Origin: Candidatus Latescibacterota bacterium
GTDB lineage: Bacteria; Latescibacterota; UBA2968; GCA-2709665
NCBI GenBank assembly: GCA_965219455.1
Contig: OZ244744.1
Location: 1,280,001-1,344,000, forward strand
DNA length: 64,000 nucleotides
Direction: 5' to 3'
Each line of letters begins with the position of its first letter. Position 1 is the first letter of the stretch. Below are positions 20,401 to 30,326 of the stretch, in pieces. The position numbers were made by a program, and so were the translations under genes. The notes beneath the pieces were generated by a model. It saw only the letters and a program-made list of their open reading frames with translations, searched no databases and had not been told where the DNA came from.

Positions 20401-22166
20401 GGTCCTATCTTTCACAGGACGCTCTAACTGCCGCGTTCGGATTGGGCGACGCCGACAGGGTTGATACCCTGACCGTTCGATGGCCTACGGGCATCGCACA
20501 GCGTCTCAGAAATATCGCCGCAAACACGGTGTTGGACCTGGCCGAAACAACGCCGCCCCCTCCGGTGAGGGTTGTGCTGGATGCGACTGCTAAGTCCCTC
20601 GCGGCCAACGGCGAGGCGCAGTCCAGAATCCGCGCCCGTATCCTGGACTCCGGGAACGAAATCTCGCTCATCAACAATCGTCGCCTGGTTTTTGACGTTG
20701 CGTCCGGCGATGGCGCCTTTGTGGGCGGCGATACGGCAATGGTGCGTGACGGGCTTGCATCCATCCTTTTTCAGGCCGGGACGACACCGGGTGACGTTGC
20801 CGCCACCGCACGGTTTCAGGGTCTCCCGCCCGGACGGATCACGATAAGCCTGCTGCCGCCCATAGGTCCTGACCACGCAACGGTCCGGACCGTTGCGGGG
20901 ATCGGCGGGGCCGAGGGCGATTTCAGCGGTGACGGAAGCCCCGCCATCGAAGCGTTCCTGAACGCGCCGAGAGACGTGGCGGTGGACACTTCGGGTGCGT
21001 TCTACATTGCCGATTCCGGAAACAACCGGGTCCGGAGGGTGGGCACGGACGGCGCCATCCGCACCATCGCCGGGGATGGGATCGGCTTTGCAACCGGCAC
21101 GGACGGTCCGGCGGTCGACGCCAGCCTCGGTGATCCCCGGGGCCTCGCGTTGACGCCCGGCGGCGATCTCATCATTTGCGAACAGAGCGGCCATATCGTC
21201 CGCCGGTTCGAACATTCCACAGGGAACATCCTCGCCTTCGCAGGCAGGGACATCCCCGGATTTGGTGGAGACGGGCGGGCGGCGGTGGATGCGAATCTTT
21301 CCGGCCCTGCGGGCGTTGCGGCAGACCCGATGGGCAACGTCTGGATCGCGGAACGCTTCAACCACCGGGTTCGAAGGGTCGACACCGGCGGCATTATCGA
21401 AACCATTGCAGGGAGCTTTCTGGAGGGTTTCGCGGGCGACGGAGACCGGGCCACACTGGCCGCACTGAACGGACCCAGGGGCGTGGCCGTAGACGCCATG
21501 GGTCGCGTGTACATAGCCGATACCGGAAACCATCGCATCCGCATGGTAGATACCGACGGCACTATTACCACCGTTGCCGGAACCGGGCGGTCCGGTTTTT
21601 CACGGGACGGCGGCCCCGGCGCCAGAACCCCTCTGAACAGCCCCGGGGACGTCGCGGCGGACAACAACGGACGTCTCTACGTCGCGGACACCGGCAATCA
21701 TCGGATACGCGTTCTGGACCTGCACCTGGACATCATCCAGACCGTGGGGGGTACCGGTGTCTCCGGATTCAATCACGCCGAGGGCGCCGGCATTGAAACG
21801 AGCCTCAATGCGCCATCCGGCATCGCCATCGATTCGGAAGGCAGGGTATACGTTGCCGACACGAACAACAATCGCATCCTGCAACTTACCGTCAACTTTC
21901 CCAATGAATACCAGCGCGAGCCCCCGACGGACCCGCCGCCACCACCACCGCCGCCCGAAGTCCCCTTCGGCGACGCCGACTTCAACAGCGACGGCGTGAT
22001 TGACTTTGCCGACTTCGTCCTCTTTGCGCAGGGCTTCGGCTCCACCGATCTGAGATTTGACCTCGACGGCGACGGAACCGTTGGATTCGCGGATTTCATC
22101 GTTTTCGTTACCGCCTTTGAACAAACCCCGCCATCGGTCCGCTTCCGGCCGGGAAGCCGTTTCTGA
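17442..22166 (+). CDS. Large secreted multidomain protein: NHL repeats, two Ig-like (ASH-type) domains, FG-GAP/CRTAC1 repeats + ASPIC/UnbV, Big-like domain, NHL repeats, C-terminal dockerin-like Ca-loop pair
   Basis: Signal peptide; YIADTGNHRIR / GFSGDGGPA repeats; AWADYDNDGDPDLY repeats; GGGSYLSQ..FGLG..VRWPTG; terminal DFNSDGVIDFADF..DLDGDGTVGFADF. Confidence 0.9.
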   Translation: MHFISTNNRTLFLLVVLLALAGASFAQTRGTMITIAGGGNQEGENIPATDLALSIPLGAASDADGHVYIADTGTHRIRRVDAVTGQVTTVAGTGEAGFSGDGGPAVEAQLERPQAVAVDEDGNIYLGDTGNRRIRRVDAGTGIITTIAGNGEFGFDGDGGPALSAVLGEIVALAVGPRGGLYIADGLDGQGRGNNRVRRIDLSGGGITTLAGDGDFSFGGDDGLAVEAGMTVEDIAVDASGNIFLADFNNYRIRRVDAETGTITTVAGRGPVFGGGGGFSGDGGPATDARLDLPGGVAVGADGTLYISDTGNSRVRAVDPNTGDIFTIAGTGNAGTAGEGGPAALAEFREPTRVVLDPDGNLIIVDTGNSRILKLLDPAYQSPVLRLTTARIDFRAVVVDDQVTRAITIENVGRRTLTLASAATDRETFVLLDAFPIEIEPAGQAEIRVRFSPRTEGVVEGTLIIDTDDPWRPTLTVPLSGTGAAPDIGVFPESIVFDRTFIGREQAFVLRVANLGAGVLTVFRAELSDSEQFSVSLDDTLRIPSSDRRILDVAFRPARAGTQRAELTLFSNDPDDPEIVIPLRGLGRVSKPGGFVDWAADRGMADQGAGFGAAWADYDNDGDPDLYLVRSRQPNLLYRNDGDGGFREIAAEVGVADDGDGSAAAWADIDGDDDLDLYVTNFGQPNRLYRNDGSRFTEVAAAAGVDDGGDGYGAAWSDVDGDGDPDLYVANFGDNRFYRNGGGRFVEAAAEAGLDDAGSSLQPAWADYDNDGDPDLFLANSGSNRLFRNDGGSFEDATSESGLEELGLGGPSFGASWGDFDNDMDLDLYVSYFEEGNRLYVNTGGQFQESSGSFNVAGSDTARSRGAVWGDFDNDGDLDLYVSNAGQKNHLFRNDGETFKDVADSFRVAAGANSRGVALADFNGDGGLDIFVAVQGGADHLFRNQESNGNWLAIRPRATQSSSDAIGTRFEIAFDGSRAIREITGGGSYLSQDALTAAFGLGDADRVDTLTVRWPTGIAQRLRNIAANTVLDLAETTPPPPVRVVLDATAKSLAANGEAQSRIRARILDSGNEISLINNRRLVFDVASGDGAFVGGDTAMVRDGLASILFQAGTTPGDVAATARFQGLPPGRITISLLPPIGPDHATVRTVAGIGGAEGDFSGDGSPAIEAFLNAPRDVAVDTSGAFYIADSGNNRVRRVGTDGAIRTIAGDGIGFATGTDGPAVDASLGDPRGLALTPGGDLIICEQSGHIVRRFEHSTGNILAFAGRDIPGFGGDGRAAVDANLSGPAGVAADPMGNVWIAERFNHRVRRVDTGGIIETIAGSFLEGFAGDGDRATLAALNGPRGVAVDAMGRVYIADTGNHRIRMVDTDGTITTVAGTGRSGFSRDGGPGARTPLNSPGDVAADNNGRLYVADTGNHRIRVLDLHLDIIQTVGGTGVSGFNHAEGAGIETSLNAPSGIAIDSEGRVYVADTNNNRILQLTVNFPNEYQREPPTDPPPPPPPPEVPFGDADFNSDGVIDFADFVLFAQGFGSTDLRFDLDGDGTVGFADFIVFVTAFEQTPPSVRFRPGSRF

Positions 22167-22168
22167 CA

Positions 22169-22804
22169 ATGGAACGAGCGCCCATCCTGACGGCCGATAA
22201 GTCCGGCATTGTCCAGGCTGCCGATCTGATACGATCGGGCGGTGTTGTCGTCTATCCTACCGAGACTGTCTACGGCCTGGGCGCCGACCCTTTCAATCAC
22301 CCCGCGTTTGACCGTATCTTCAGCCTCAAGGGCCGGGAAACGGAAAAGGGCCTCATTCTGCTTATCCGGGGCATGCAGGACCTGGAGGCGCTTGTCGCGG
22401 ACATTTCACTTGCCGCGGAAAGCCTTATAAGGGAATTCTGGCCCGGGCCGCTCACCCTCGTGTTTCCCGCCGCGTCCTGCCTTCCGGGTCACCTGACGGG
22501 ACCCGCGTCCACCATTGCCCTCCGCATGTCCGACGCGCCCGTCGCCAGCGCATTGCTCCACCATGTTGGCGGCCCCATCACCAGCACCAGCGCCAACCGC
22601 TCCGGACAACCTTCCGCCCGGAGCGCCCGGCAAGCCGCCGACGTGATCGGCCACCGTGTCGATGTCATCCTTGACGGCGGCGAGTCCTCGGATCCCCGCC
22701 CCTCCACCCTCGTTGACGTCTCAGGCCGGAATCCAAAAATCCTCCGACCGGGCCGCATCCCGGAAACGAAGATCGACCGGGTTCTGAATTCGGAGAGAGT
22801 CTGA
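22169..22804 (+). CDS. tsaC: L-threonylcarbamoyladenylate synthase (TsaC/YrdC)
   Basis: PTETVYGL, KGR, FWPGPLT, STSANRSG, PSTLVD. Confidence 0.95.
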   Translation: MERAPILTADKSGIVQAADLIRSGGVVVYPTETVYGLGADPFNHPAFDRIFSLKGRETEKGLILLIRGMQDLEALVADISLAAESLIREFWPGPLTLVFPAASCLPGHLTGPASTIALRMSDAPVASALLHHVGGPITSTSANRSGQPSARSARQAADVIGHRVDVILDGGESSDPRPSTLVDVSGRNPKILRPGRIPETKIDRVLNSERV

Positions 22805-22819
22805 CCCTGAGGAAGCCGG

Positions 22820-23015
22820 TGTGAAGGTGGGGCGGCCATTCCTGTCTGCCAACGTCGATGCCGACGGTGTCTCCGCGCAAATGCGTTTACTGCGCGCTTT
22901 CGTCAGGGACAATCGAGAAGACGGGAGATTCTTCGACTCCGCTCAGAATGACATGCTTTGCAATAACCATTGGCGAAACTTGCCTGTCAGGTCTCGGCAC
23001 AAACTGTCATCCGCA
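22820..23015 (+). repeat. Composite ~200 bp repeat, copy 1 (GTGG-REP-like head + GATTCTTCGACT..CTCAGAATGAC hairpin)
   Basis: Similar copies at 24170-24490 (+), and at 46228-46480, 46493-46678 and 49153-49385 (-). Confidence 0.85.
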
Positions 23016-23144
23016 AGGCGCCACCGGCCCATGTGGGATTATACTGGGAGGAAGCGTCTGTGAAGGTGGGGCGGACATTCCTGTCTGCCCGCATCGCACG
23101 GTATCCCCGATCCAGACGGCCGCGAGCGAGTTCGACGGATTGGT

Positions 23145-23300
23145 CACTCCCCCTTAAAGGGGGAGTCGCCTGCCTGCGTCCGCAGGACAGGCAGGCAGAA
23201 GCCAAGCCTGTCCCCTGAGCTTGCGGTCCCTGAGCCTGCCTGCATTGAGCTTATCGAAATGTCGAAGGGAACGGCGTCGGCTGATGCGGTGGGGGGATTT
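23145..23300. repeat. Nested hairpin repeats (CCTGCCTG..CAGGCAGG at 23169-23195; nested CCCTGAGC..TCGAAGGG at 23207-23269)
   Basis: Read directly from the sequence. Confidence 0.7.
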
Positions 23301-23655
23301 CAATGCCTACGGTATGCGAGCAGCCTGAAAAACATGAACGCGTTTTGCGTAGAAGTCTTAGTGTAAGACTCCAATTGGGGAGGGCATTCTTCGGTTCGCT
23401 CCTGCACTTTCCACAAAGCTCACAACAGTTGAGGTAGTTAACATCGCGTCGCTGGTCGCGCGGTCAGCATTTGACAGAATTCGCCGGCCGAGTACATCCA
23501 GCCTGCTCCACACTTTTCCCCTTGCCAAAATCACCGATTAAGGACATTTTTGTGATGTCGCTTTTGGCGAGGGATCCTCTTTCCCGGGCAGCCGTTTTGA
23601 GATTTCTGTTGAGTATACGTGCAAGCGAATTTGTTCGCGGCAAGAGAGGAGAGCT

Positions 23656-23856
23656 ATGAAACTGAACGTAGACAAGGAAGCCGACGCCCTCTACCTGCGC
23701 CTCGACGATTCTCCCATAGTCGAGTCCGAGGAGGTTTCCCCGGGAGTTGTACTCGACTACAACGCATCCAACGAAGTGGTAGGCGTGGAGATGCTCCATC
23801 TGTCGAAACGCTCATCCACTCTGAATCTCTCTACGTTGCAGTTCGAGTCGATCTGA
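23656..23856 (+). CDS. DUF2283 domain protein (antitoxin-like)
   Basis: DKEADALYLRL..ESEEV..VVLDY..VVGVE pattern; GAGGAG RBS. Confidence 0.85.
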   Translation: MKLNVDKEADALYLRLDDSPIVESEEVSPGVVLDYNASNEVVGVEMLHLSKRSSTLNLSTLQFESI

Positions 23857-24169
23857 CAGCGGTAGCTCCAAACATGCTTTTTCAATCACTAGTGGTTGCG
23901 GCTGCCAAGGAAGCGCAGGTGTCGTGATTTTGCCGCACGCCACCACAACACTGTCAACTCCCTGACTGTGTTCCCCATTGCACCCATGCGAGGGGCGCGA
24001 AAGCAGCAGGTTCCCTGACGCGCTCTCCTGCCAAGAAAACCCCTTCTGACAAAATTCCGGCATTCCAACTGCCACATCGGATGCCTATGGCAATCCGCTA
24101 ATCTGCGCCGCCGAATCATCCGCGAAACGCGTTCGTCGCACGTACTACCATGCGCTGAGGAAACTTGCT

Positions 24170-24600
24170 TGAAGGTGGGGCCTGCCTGCAGCGCCTGTCT
24201 GCGTGCGTGCACGCACAGGCAGGCAGAGCACTGCGCAGGCAGGCGGACATTCCTGTCTGCCCACGTCGATGCCGACGATGTCTCCGCGCAAATGCGTTTA
24301 CTGCGCTATTTCGTCAGGGACAATCGAGAAGACGGGAGATTCTTCGACTTCGCTCAGAATGACATGCTTTGCAATAACCATTGGCGAAACCTGTATGTAA
24401 GGTCTCGGCACAAACTGTCATCCTGAGGAAGCCCTGTCTGCCGTGCCCGGCACAGGCAGGCGTCAGGCTGACGAAGGATCTACTGCGGCATCGATCACCC
24501 CCGTGCGACTTGCACGTGTACCGACCGGAAAGGCGGCACCGTTGCCTCCTGAGCAGAACGGCAGTGGCGGGAGATTCTTCGACTCGGCTCAGAATGACAG
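24170..24600 (+). repeat. Composite repeat copy 2, carrying three inserted CCTGYCTG..CAGGCAGG hairpins, plus an extra GATTCTTCGACT..CTCAGAATGAC unit
   Basis: Alignment to copy 1 and copy 5 shows insertions at 24181-24243 (with 24194-24223 nested) and 24433-24460. Confidence 0.85.
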
Positions 24601-24658
24601 TGTAGCGCGCAGGCCATGAACGTAAGCAGAATAATACATTTCAACCAGGGGTCGTCTG

Positions 24659-26407
24659 ATGGGATTTTCACCGCGCACAATGGTTCAGCGCCCCCGCCGC
24701 GAGAGCGGGGGGAACAGGGCCCTGCTGGTACTGGTGGACAGCCGGGGCAGTTATACGAATACGAGCATCGTGGATCAGACCGTGCTCGTAGCTTTGCAGC
24801 ACTTCGGGTTTCCGTTTCGCATTCACGATCTGGCAGCCGGTCCGCTGACGCGCGACCATCTTGAGAACTGCGCCGCTGCGGTCATCGCCCAGGCCCGCCT
24901 GGGCGACGCCCTTTCGTTCGAAGAAACGGAGTTGCTGGCCTCGGGGGTTCAAGAAGCCGGGCTGGGACTGGTCAATTTCGACGGCGAACTGCGGCTGTAC
25001 AAACCGCCGCTGCTGCGTCTCTTCGGGATGGAGGTGGACCGGATTCCGATGGCCTCGGACCTGCTGCGCATCGGGGGTAACGACCATTTTATCAACTGGA
25101 CGCAGCAGGCGGGCAGTATGGTCCGGCTGAAGCGACCCGTGACCATTGCACAGATCAAGCGGGTCGGCCGGCACGTTGTGGAACTGGCGCAGGCTGCGAT
25201 GGGCAAGGACCAGCTCATCTTCTCCCGCCATAACGTGCCGGGTACGGCCTACGAGCCGGACCAGTTTCCGGCCGTGCTGGCCGGGGTCTGCGGCAGCGGC
25301 CGAGCGGTGCAGTTCGCCTGTTCCCCCCGCATCTGGCACGGGGAGTTTCTGGGCCACGCGATGGGGTTGGACGCCTTCTTCTGGCGCGCCATCGTCTGGG
25401 CGGCGCGCAAGCCGTTTGTGGCGCAAATGATGCCGCCCTACGTGACCATCCGGGTGGACGACGGCAGGGGGCGCCACGATTTCCGCTATACCGAGGTGAT
25501 GAACCGGCACGGTTACCGTCCGATGATCTCCTGCTTCCTGGACCTCGTTCCTGACGAGGTGGTGCCGTTTATGCGTGCCCGCTACACGGCCGGGCAGGTC
25601 GACTGGGACGCGCATGCTTTCGACTATTACAAGCTGATTCCGTTCGATTTCGGCATCGGAGAGTACAGCGACACGGAGTTGAAGGAAATCTTCGACCGGG
25701 TGGACCGGTGGTACGATGAACGGGGATTGAGGCCGCCGCGCCGGGCTGCGTTTCACTGGGGCGAGGTGGGCGTGCGCGTCCTGCCCTATCTGAAGGCCCG
25801 GGGACGGACGTTTGTCTATTCGACCTACCACCTGGGACAGGTGAAGTGGGAGCGGCTGTTTCCCAATTGGTGGCCCTACGGTCTCAACAGCCTGTTCTAC
25901 GACTATGTACCCGAAGACCCGGAGATGTACAACATAGGGGCCATGCTTCCCCGCCACCTCGTGGAGCCCGACGTGTTGACGGGCTGTACGACCTGGGCCG
26001 GAGACAATCCGACCAACGATATGGACAAGGCCGCGGACCGGGCGGCCGGTTCGGTCCGCCTGGCGCTGGACAGCGGGTTCTTTTCGGAGATCACCACCCA
26101 CGAGCAGAAGTTCGGCGTGCTGACCCTGGAGGAGATCGACCGGTGGCTGTCGCTGGCGTCACAAAAGACGGAACAATACGATATCCGGGGGGTGAGTCAC
26201 GACGAGGCCGCCGAGTATACCCGGGCCCGGGATGAGTCGTGGATTGCGGCCGCGTCCACGCCCGACGGCAAGGCGGCATGCCTCCGGCTGGGTGGAAAGG
26301 CGGGCGTGTCCCTGGAACTCGCCCTGTTCGAAAACGACGGGGACGGTGTGGTCCAGCGGTGGGAATCGGTCCCGGCGTTCAAGGAGGAGACCCGGGTCAA
26401 TCTCTGA
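24659..26407 (+). CDS. Hypothetical protein with a possible NodB/polysaccharide-deacetylase-like domain
   Basis: 582-aa ORF with coding-like composition. VTIRVDD, WDAHAF and TTHE resemble CE4/DUF2334-type motifs. Confidence 0.6.
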   Translation: MGFSPRTMVQRPRRESGGNRALLVLVDSRGSYTNTSIVDQTVLVALQHFGFPFRIHDLAAGPLTRDHLENCAAAVIAQARLGDALSFEETELLASGVQEAGLGLVNFDGELRLYKPPLLRLFGMEVDRIPMASDLLRIGGNDHFINWTQQAGSMVRLKRPVTIAQIKRVGRHVVELAQAAMGKDQLIFSRHNVPGTAYEPDQFPAVLAGVCGSGRAVQFACSPRIWHGEFLGHAMGLDAFFWRAIVWAARKPFVAQMMPPYVTIRVDDGRGRHDFRYTEVMNRHGYRPMISCFLDLVPDEVVPFMRARYTAGQVDWDAHAFDYYKLIPFDFGIGEYSDTELKEIFDRVDRWYDERGLRPPRRAAFHWGEVGVRVLPYLKARGRTFVYSTYHLGQVKWERLFPNWWPYGLNSLFYDYVPEDPEMYNIGAMLPRHLVEPDVLTGCTTWAGDNPTNDMDKAADRAAGSVRLALDSGFFSEITTHEQKFGVLTLEEIDRWLSLASQKTEQYDIRGVSHDEAAEYTRARDESWIAAASTPDGKAACLRLGGKAGVSLELALFENDGDGVVQRWESVPAFKEETRVNL

Positions 26408-26924
26408 TCGGAATTGAGCCGGACGGGAACGGCAGGTTGCGCTTTGAGCAGATGGAGGAGGTCCTCCGCCACCGCGCCCGGCAAGGGGCGATCTGCCAGT
26501 ACAGCGATGTAAATAGAATGAGTACGACGATGTCAACGGTCGCGATTTGCAGAAAGCGTGCGCTGCTCACGGCATGGGGCAAGCCGTGCGATACGCCGTA
26601 CCGCTTGTACCGAGTGTGACGGGTGACGCCAGAATCACGTCTCACTCTCCGGATCGTGGACATCCTACGGGATTGAGGGCATCCTGCCCTCGACTTTTCC
26701 CATCACTCCTCCCATGCGGGGAGTCGGCAATCCGGGGGCATCAGCCCACTGGCGCGCCGGTGGGTATAGATGTAGAAACCGCCAACAGCGACGACAGGAT
26801 CGCACGGTCTGGCTTCACAACGCCTGGATCCGTCCCCCTTGCAACCGCCACCGGATGTCGCGGCAGTCGCTCCTCCCTTCGAATCAATCCCGTAGAACGC
26901 GTCACGAGTACCTGATCCGAGCGG

Positions 26925-28410
26925 ATAGAGAGGTTTCCCAAGGTGATTTCCGGCGCGCGGACGTGATGTCGTGGCTGACAGGCTGTCCTATTCGCCCCGC
27001 GGGCGCCCGCGCGACCGGCATCAACCCCAGCCGGTGGGGCTCCCTGACCCGAAAGGCGGGAATCGTCCGCGGCATGGAGCAATGGCGCGACCGACTGAAT
27101 CTCTACGCGGAACGACTCAGCGAGGACGCTGCTCGACTGGCCGGCGCGGAGGAGACCACCGAAGCCCGTGCCGAACGCATGAAGTCCGAGGCAGCGGCCG
27201 CCCGGGAGGCGCTGGCCTTTATTGAAAAGCTGGCTGAGGACGTCGAGCCCCCGGTAAACCGGAGCACCTGGGGAGCATTCTGCCGTTGGGCCGATGAACT
27301 CCTGGATCGCTACCTGGACCGCGACATCCCCGACGCCGAGGTGGCTGTGTTGGAAAAGATCCGCCTCGCCCTGGAGGAGTTGGAAGCGGCCGTCAGCATC
27401 AACCCGGGAGCTACGCTGGATGAGTTTCGACAGACCGTCGAGGACTGGCTGGGAAGGACGGTCGGACACCTGGGTGTCACTGGAAGGGGCGTATTCGTAT
27501 CCCCCGTCGGTGGTGCCGCCGGCATGAGCTTCGACAGGGTATGGCTGGTGGGCATGATCGAAGGAGGAATGCCGCCTCCGGTTCGCCCCGACCCGCTGCT
27601 GCCGGAGCCGGACTGGCAGGCTGCCGGGGGCCACTCGCGCTTCGCTCAACGCGTCGCCGCCGAGCGCTGCGACTACCTGTCGGCGGTGGCCACCTCCCCC
27701 CACCGCGAACTGTCGACGACTCGGCGGAACACGCGATCATTGGCGCCGATGAAGCGTCCCTGGCCGACCGCCACGACTACAATCTGCACCGGCTCCTGCG
27801 GTGGAGACACGTTGGGCGCCGGTTGCTCGACCACCCCTTTACGCAGGACGAAACACTCTCGCGCGCAACGCGTCTGAGCCTTTGCCGGAACCAGAGTCGG
27901 CTGACGGAGTACGACGGCAATCTTTCGGCCCTCGCCGGGGAAGGTGGATTCCACCGGAAACTGCGCCGGGCGCCCGTCTCCGCCACGAGCCTGGAAAACT
28001 GGGGTACGTGCCCATTCCGCTATTTCCTCGGCCACGTACTGAGACTCGGCGCGCTCGAAACGCCGGAGGAAACAACCTCCATCACCCCCCTGGAGCGCGG
28101 TTCACTGATACACCGGATCCTGGAGCGGTTCATGAAGCAGGTCAACGGGGAGAAACTGCTGCCCGCGCCAGGGGAGGAGTGGAGCGACACGTTGCGCGAG
28201 CGGCTGTTCCGGATTGCCGGGGAGGCGTTCAGCCTGGCCGAGTCCCGTGGCGTGACCGGTAAGCCCCTCCTGTGGAAACTGGAAAAGCAGGACATCCTGA
28301 CCGACCTGGAGACCTTCATCGAAGAGGATTCGAAGCACCGGTCCTCCCACGGCACGCGCGGCGTTCTGGTCGAAGCGGGTTTCGGGTCCGGCGGCGGCGT
28401 TCCAGATGCT
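26925..28410 (+). pseudogene. Remnant of an AddB-like (PD-(D/E)XK) recombination protein
   Basis: GMSFDRVWLVGMIEG and PVSATSLENWGTCPFRYFLGHVL..ERGSLIHRILE. N-terminus absent, frame change near 27710, and nuclease catalytic C-terminus missing. Boundaries approximate. Confidence 0.7.
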
Positions 28411-30326
28411 GCCCCTGAAATGCAGCAAGGGCAGCCAGAAGAATTGGGACATCGACCCCGAAACGGGATTTAACGCATGCAAGGCTCTCAAAGGGCGCCT
28501 CAATGAGTTGCAAAACGCAACAGAGGAGGAATTGGATCTGGTCCGGCGCGCGGTCTTGAAACCGATTCTCGCGGGGCTCAGGCAGTTTGCACTGGACTAT
28601 GCCGACCAGCGTCGAAGAGAGGGCCGGGCGGAGTTCCACGATCTGCTGGTCTGGGCCCGCGACCTGCTCCGCGACAATCTCCCGGTGCGAGATCACTTGC
28701 GCGGGCGCTTCACGCACGTGCTCATCGACGAAGTCCAGGACACCGACCCCATACAGGCGGAAATCGCCATGTTCCTGTGCGAGGACGTCCCCGACGGGCA
28801 GACGGACCGTCCTCGTGCGACCACCTGGGATCAGGTGGTGCCGAAAAAGGGCAGGATATTCGTCGTAGGCGATCCCAAGCAGTCGATCTACCGCTTTCGT
28901 CGCGCCGACGTGGTCCAGATGGAACGGGTCAGGGAACGGATGGAGCATGCCGGTGGGCGAACGGTGAGCCTGTCGCAGAATTTCCGATCGCACCAAAGGC
29001 TCGTCGCGTGGGTCAATTATCTCTTTCAGCACTGGATGGGACAAGATCAGGAACAGGCCGGCATCGAGGGATATTACCAGGCCAGGTACGAGGACATGTC
29101 CCCCCGCTGGGCCGGTGAACCTCCGTCAGGCTGCGCGCCGCGGGTGTGGGCGCTTTCCGACAAGGCGGTCGATGCGGACATCGACGCGATTCGCAGGAAG
29201 GAAGCGCGAGAAATCGCCCGACTGCTTCGCCGGATGGTGGACGAAAAGTGGCAGAAGCTGGATGGAGACGCTACCAGGGCCAGCGGACGTGAGACCTTCG
29301 CATCGGTCACGTATTCCGACGTCTGCATCCTGATGCCCGGCCGAACCGGCGTTTCGATATTGGAGCGAGGACTCGAGGAGGGGAAAATCCCCTACCGTCT
29401 GGAAAGCGCGTCGCTGATTTTCGAAACCCAGGAAATCCGCGATCTGTTGAATTGCCTCAGGGCCATCGACGATCCCGGGGACCAGGTGGCTGTCGTCGCC
29501 GCGCTGCGCTCGCCGGCCTTCGGATGCAGCGACGTCGATCTGCTCAGGCACTATGAAGGCGGGGGTGGATTCGATTATCTGCAGCCGCGCGCCGGATGAG
29601 GCGCGCGACGACAGACGCCGACCCGACGCGGAACCGGTGCATACCGTTAAGGCTCGGGATGAGTGGTTGAACAAGCGTGAGGAGCTGATTGAGGAATTGG
29701 GTCGACCTGCATCGGTAGCCGCGACCTCACTTGGTAGTGGATTGCGGGAGGAAAAGGGCGAATCGGAGAGTCCCGAGCCGTGGCGGCGGGGGCGCGCCGG
29801 AACGTCGGTGGGTCGAGCCGTCCACGCCGTGCTGCAGTCGATCGACCCGGCTACCGGCGAGGACATCGATGACCGCGCACGGGCGCAGGCCGCCGCCGAG
29901 GGCATACCGGGCCGAAAAGATGAAATCGCCCGACTGTCTCGCGTTGCGATAGACAGCGCCATCGTCAAGCGGGCCGTAGCTTCCGGCCGGTATTGGCGAG
30001 AGGTGCCCGTGGCCGTTGCGATCGGCGACGGATCCCTTCACGGTTTCATCGACCTGTTGTTCGAAGAGCACGGCGATCTGGTCGTGATTGATTTCAAGAC
30101 CGATTCCGTCAGCGCGGCCGAGGTTGCCGGCCCACTCAAGGACAACTATCGCCTGCAGGGCGGCGCCTACGCCCACGCCATCCGCCACGTAACCGGCAAG
30201 GTTGTCAGGGAAGTGGGGTTCGTCTACCTCCAACCCCGATGCGAGGTGAGGTTGGAAGACCTGCGCCAGGCCATGCGGCATGCGGAAGCAGAAGCCCAAA
30301 AGTCCCTGAACCCCGCGGGAAAGTAG
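28411..30326 (+). pseudogene. Remnant of an AddA-like UvrD helicase-nuclease
   Basis: LIDEVQDT, VGDPKQSIYRFRRAD, LSQNFRS, then a RecB-type nuclease (REVP..GFIDLL..IDFKT..Q..AY) in another frame. Walker A and late helicase motifs are absent. Confidence 0.75.

Noticed and set aside
22821-24426. Near-identical short ORFs (..FLSA.VDAD.VSAQMRLLR..RFFD.AQNDMLCNNHWRN..) and reverse copies near 46.2-46.6 kb
   Set aside because: They are translations of the composite repeat; starts and stops differ between copies and hairpin insertions interrupt them.
22820-24600. Possible CRISPR array from the recurring palindromes
   Set aside because: No regular repeat-spacer period, the intervening sequence is itself repeated, and there are no cas genes.
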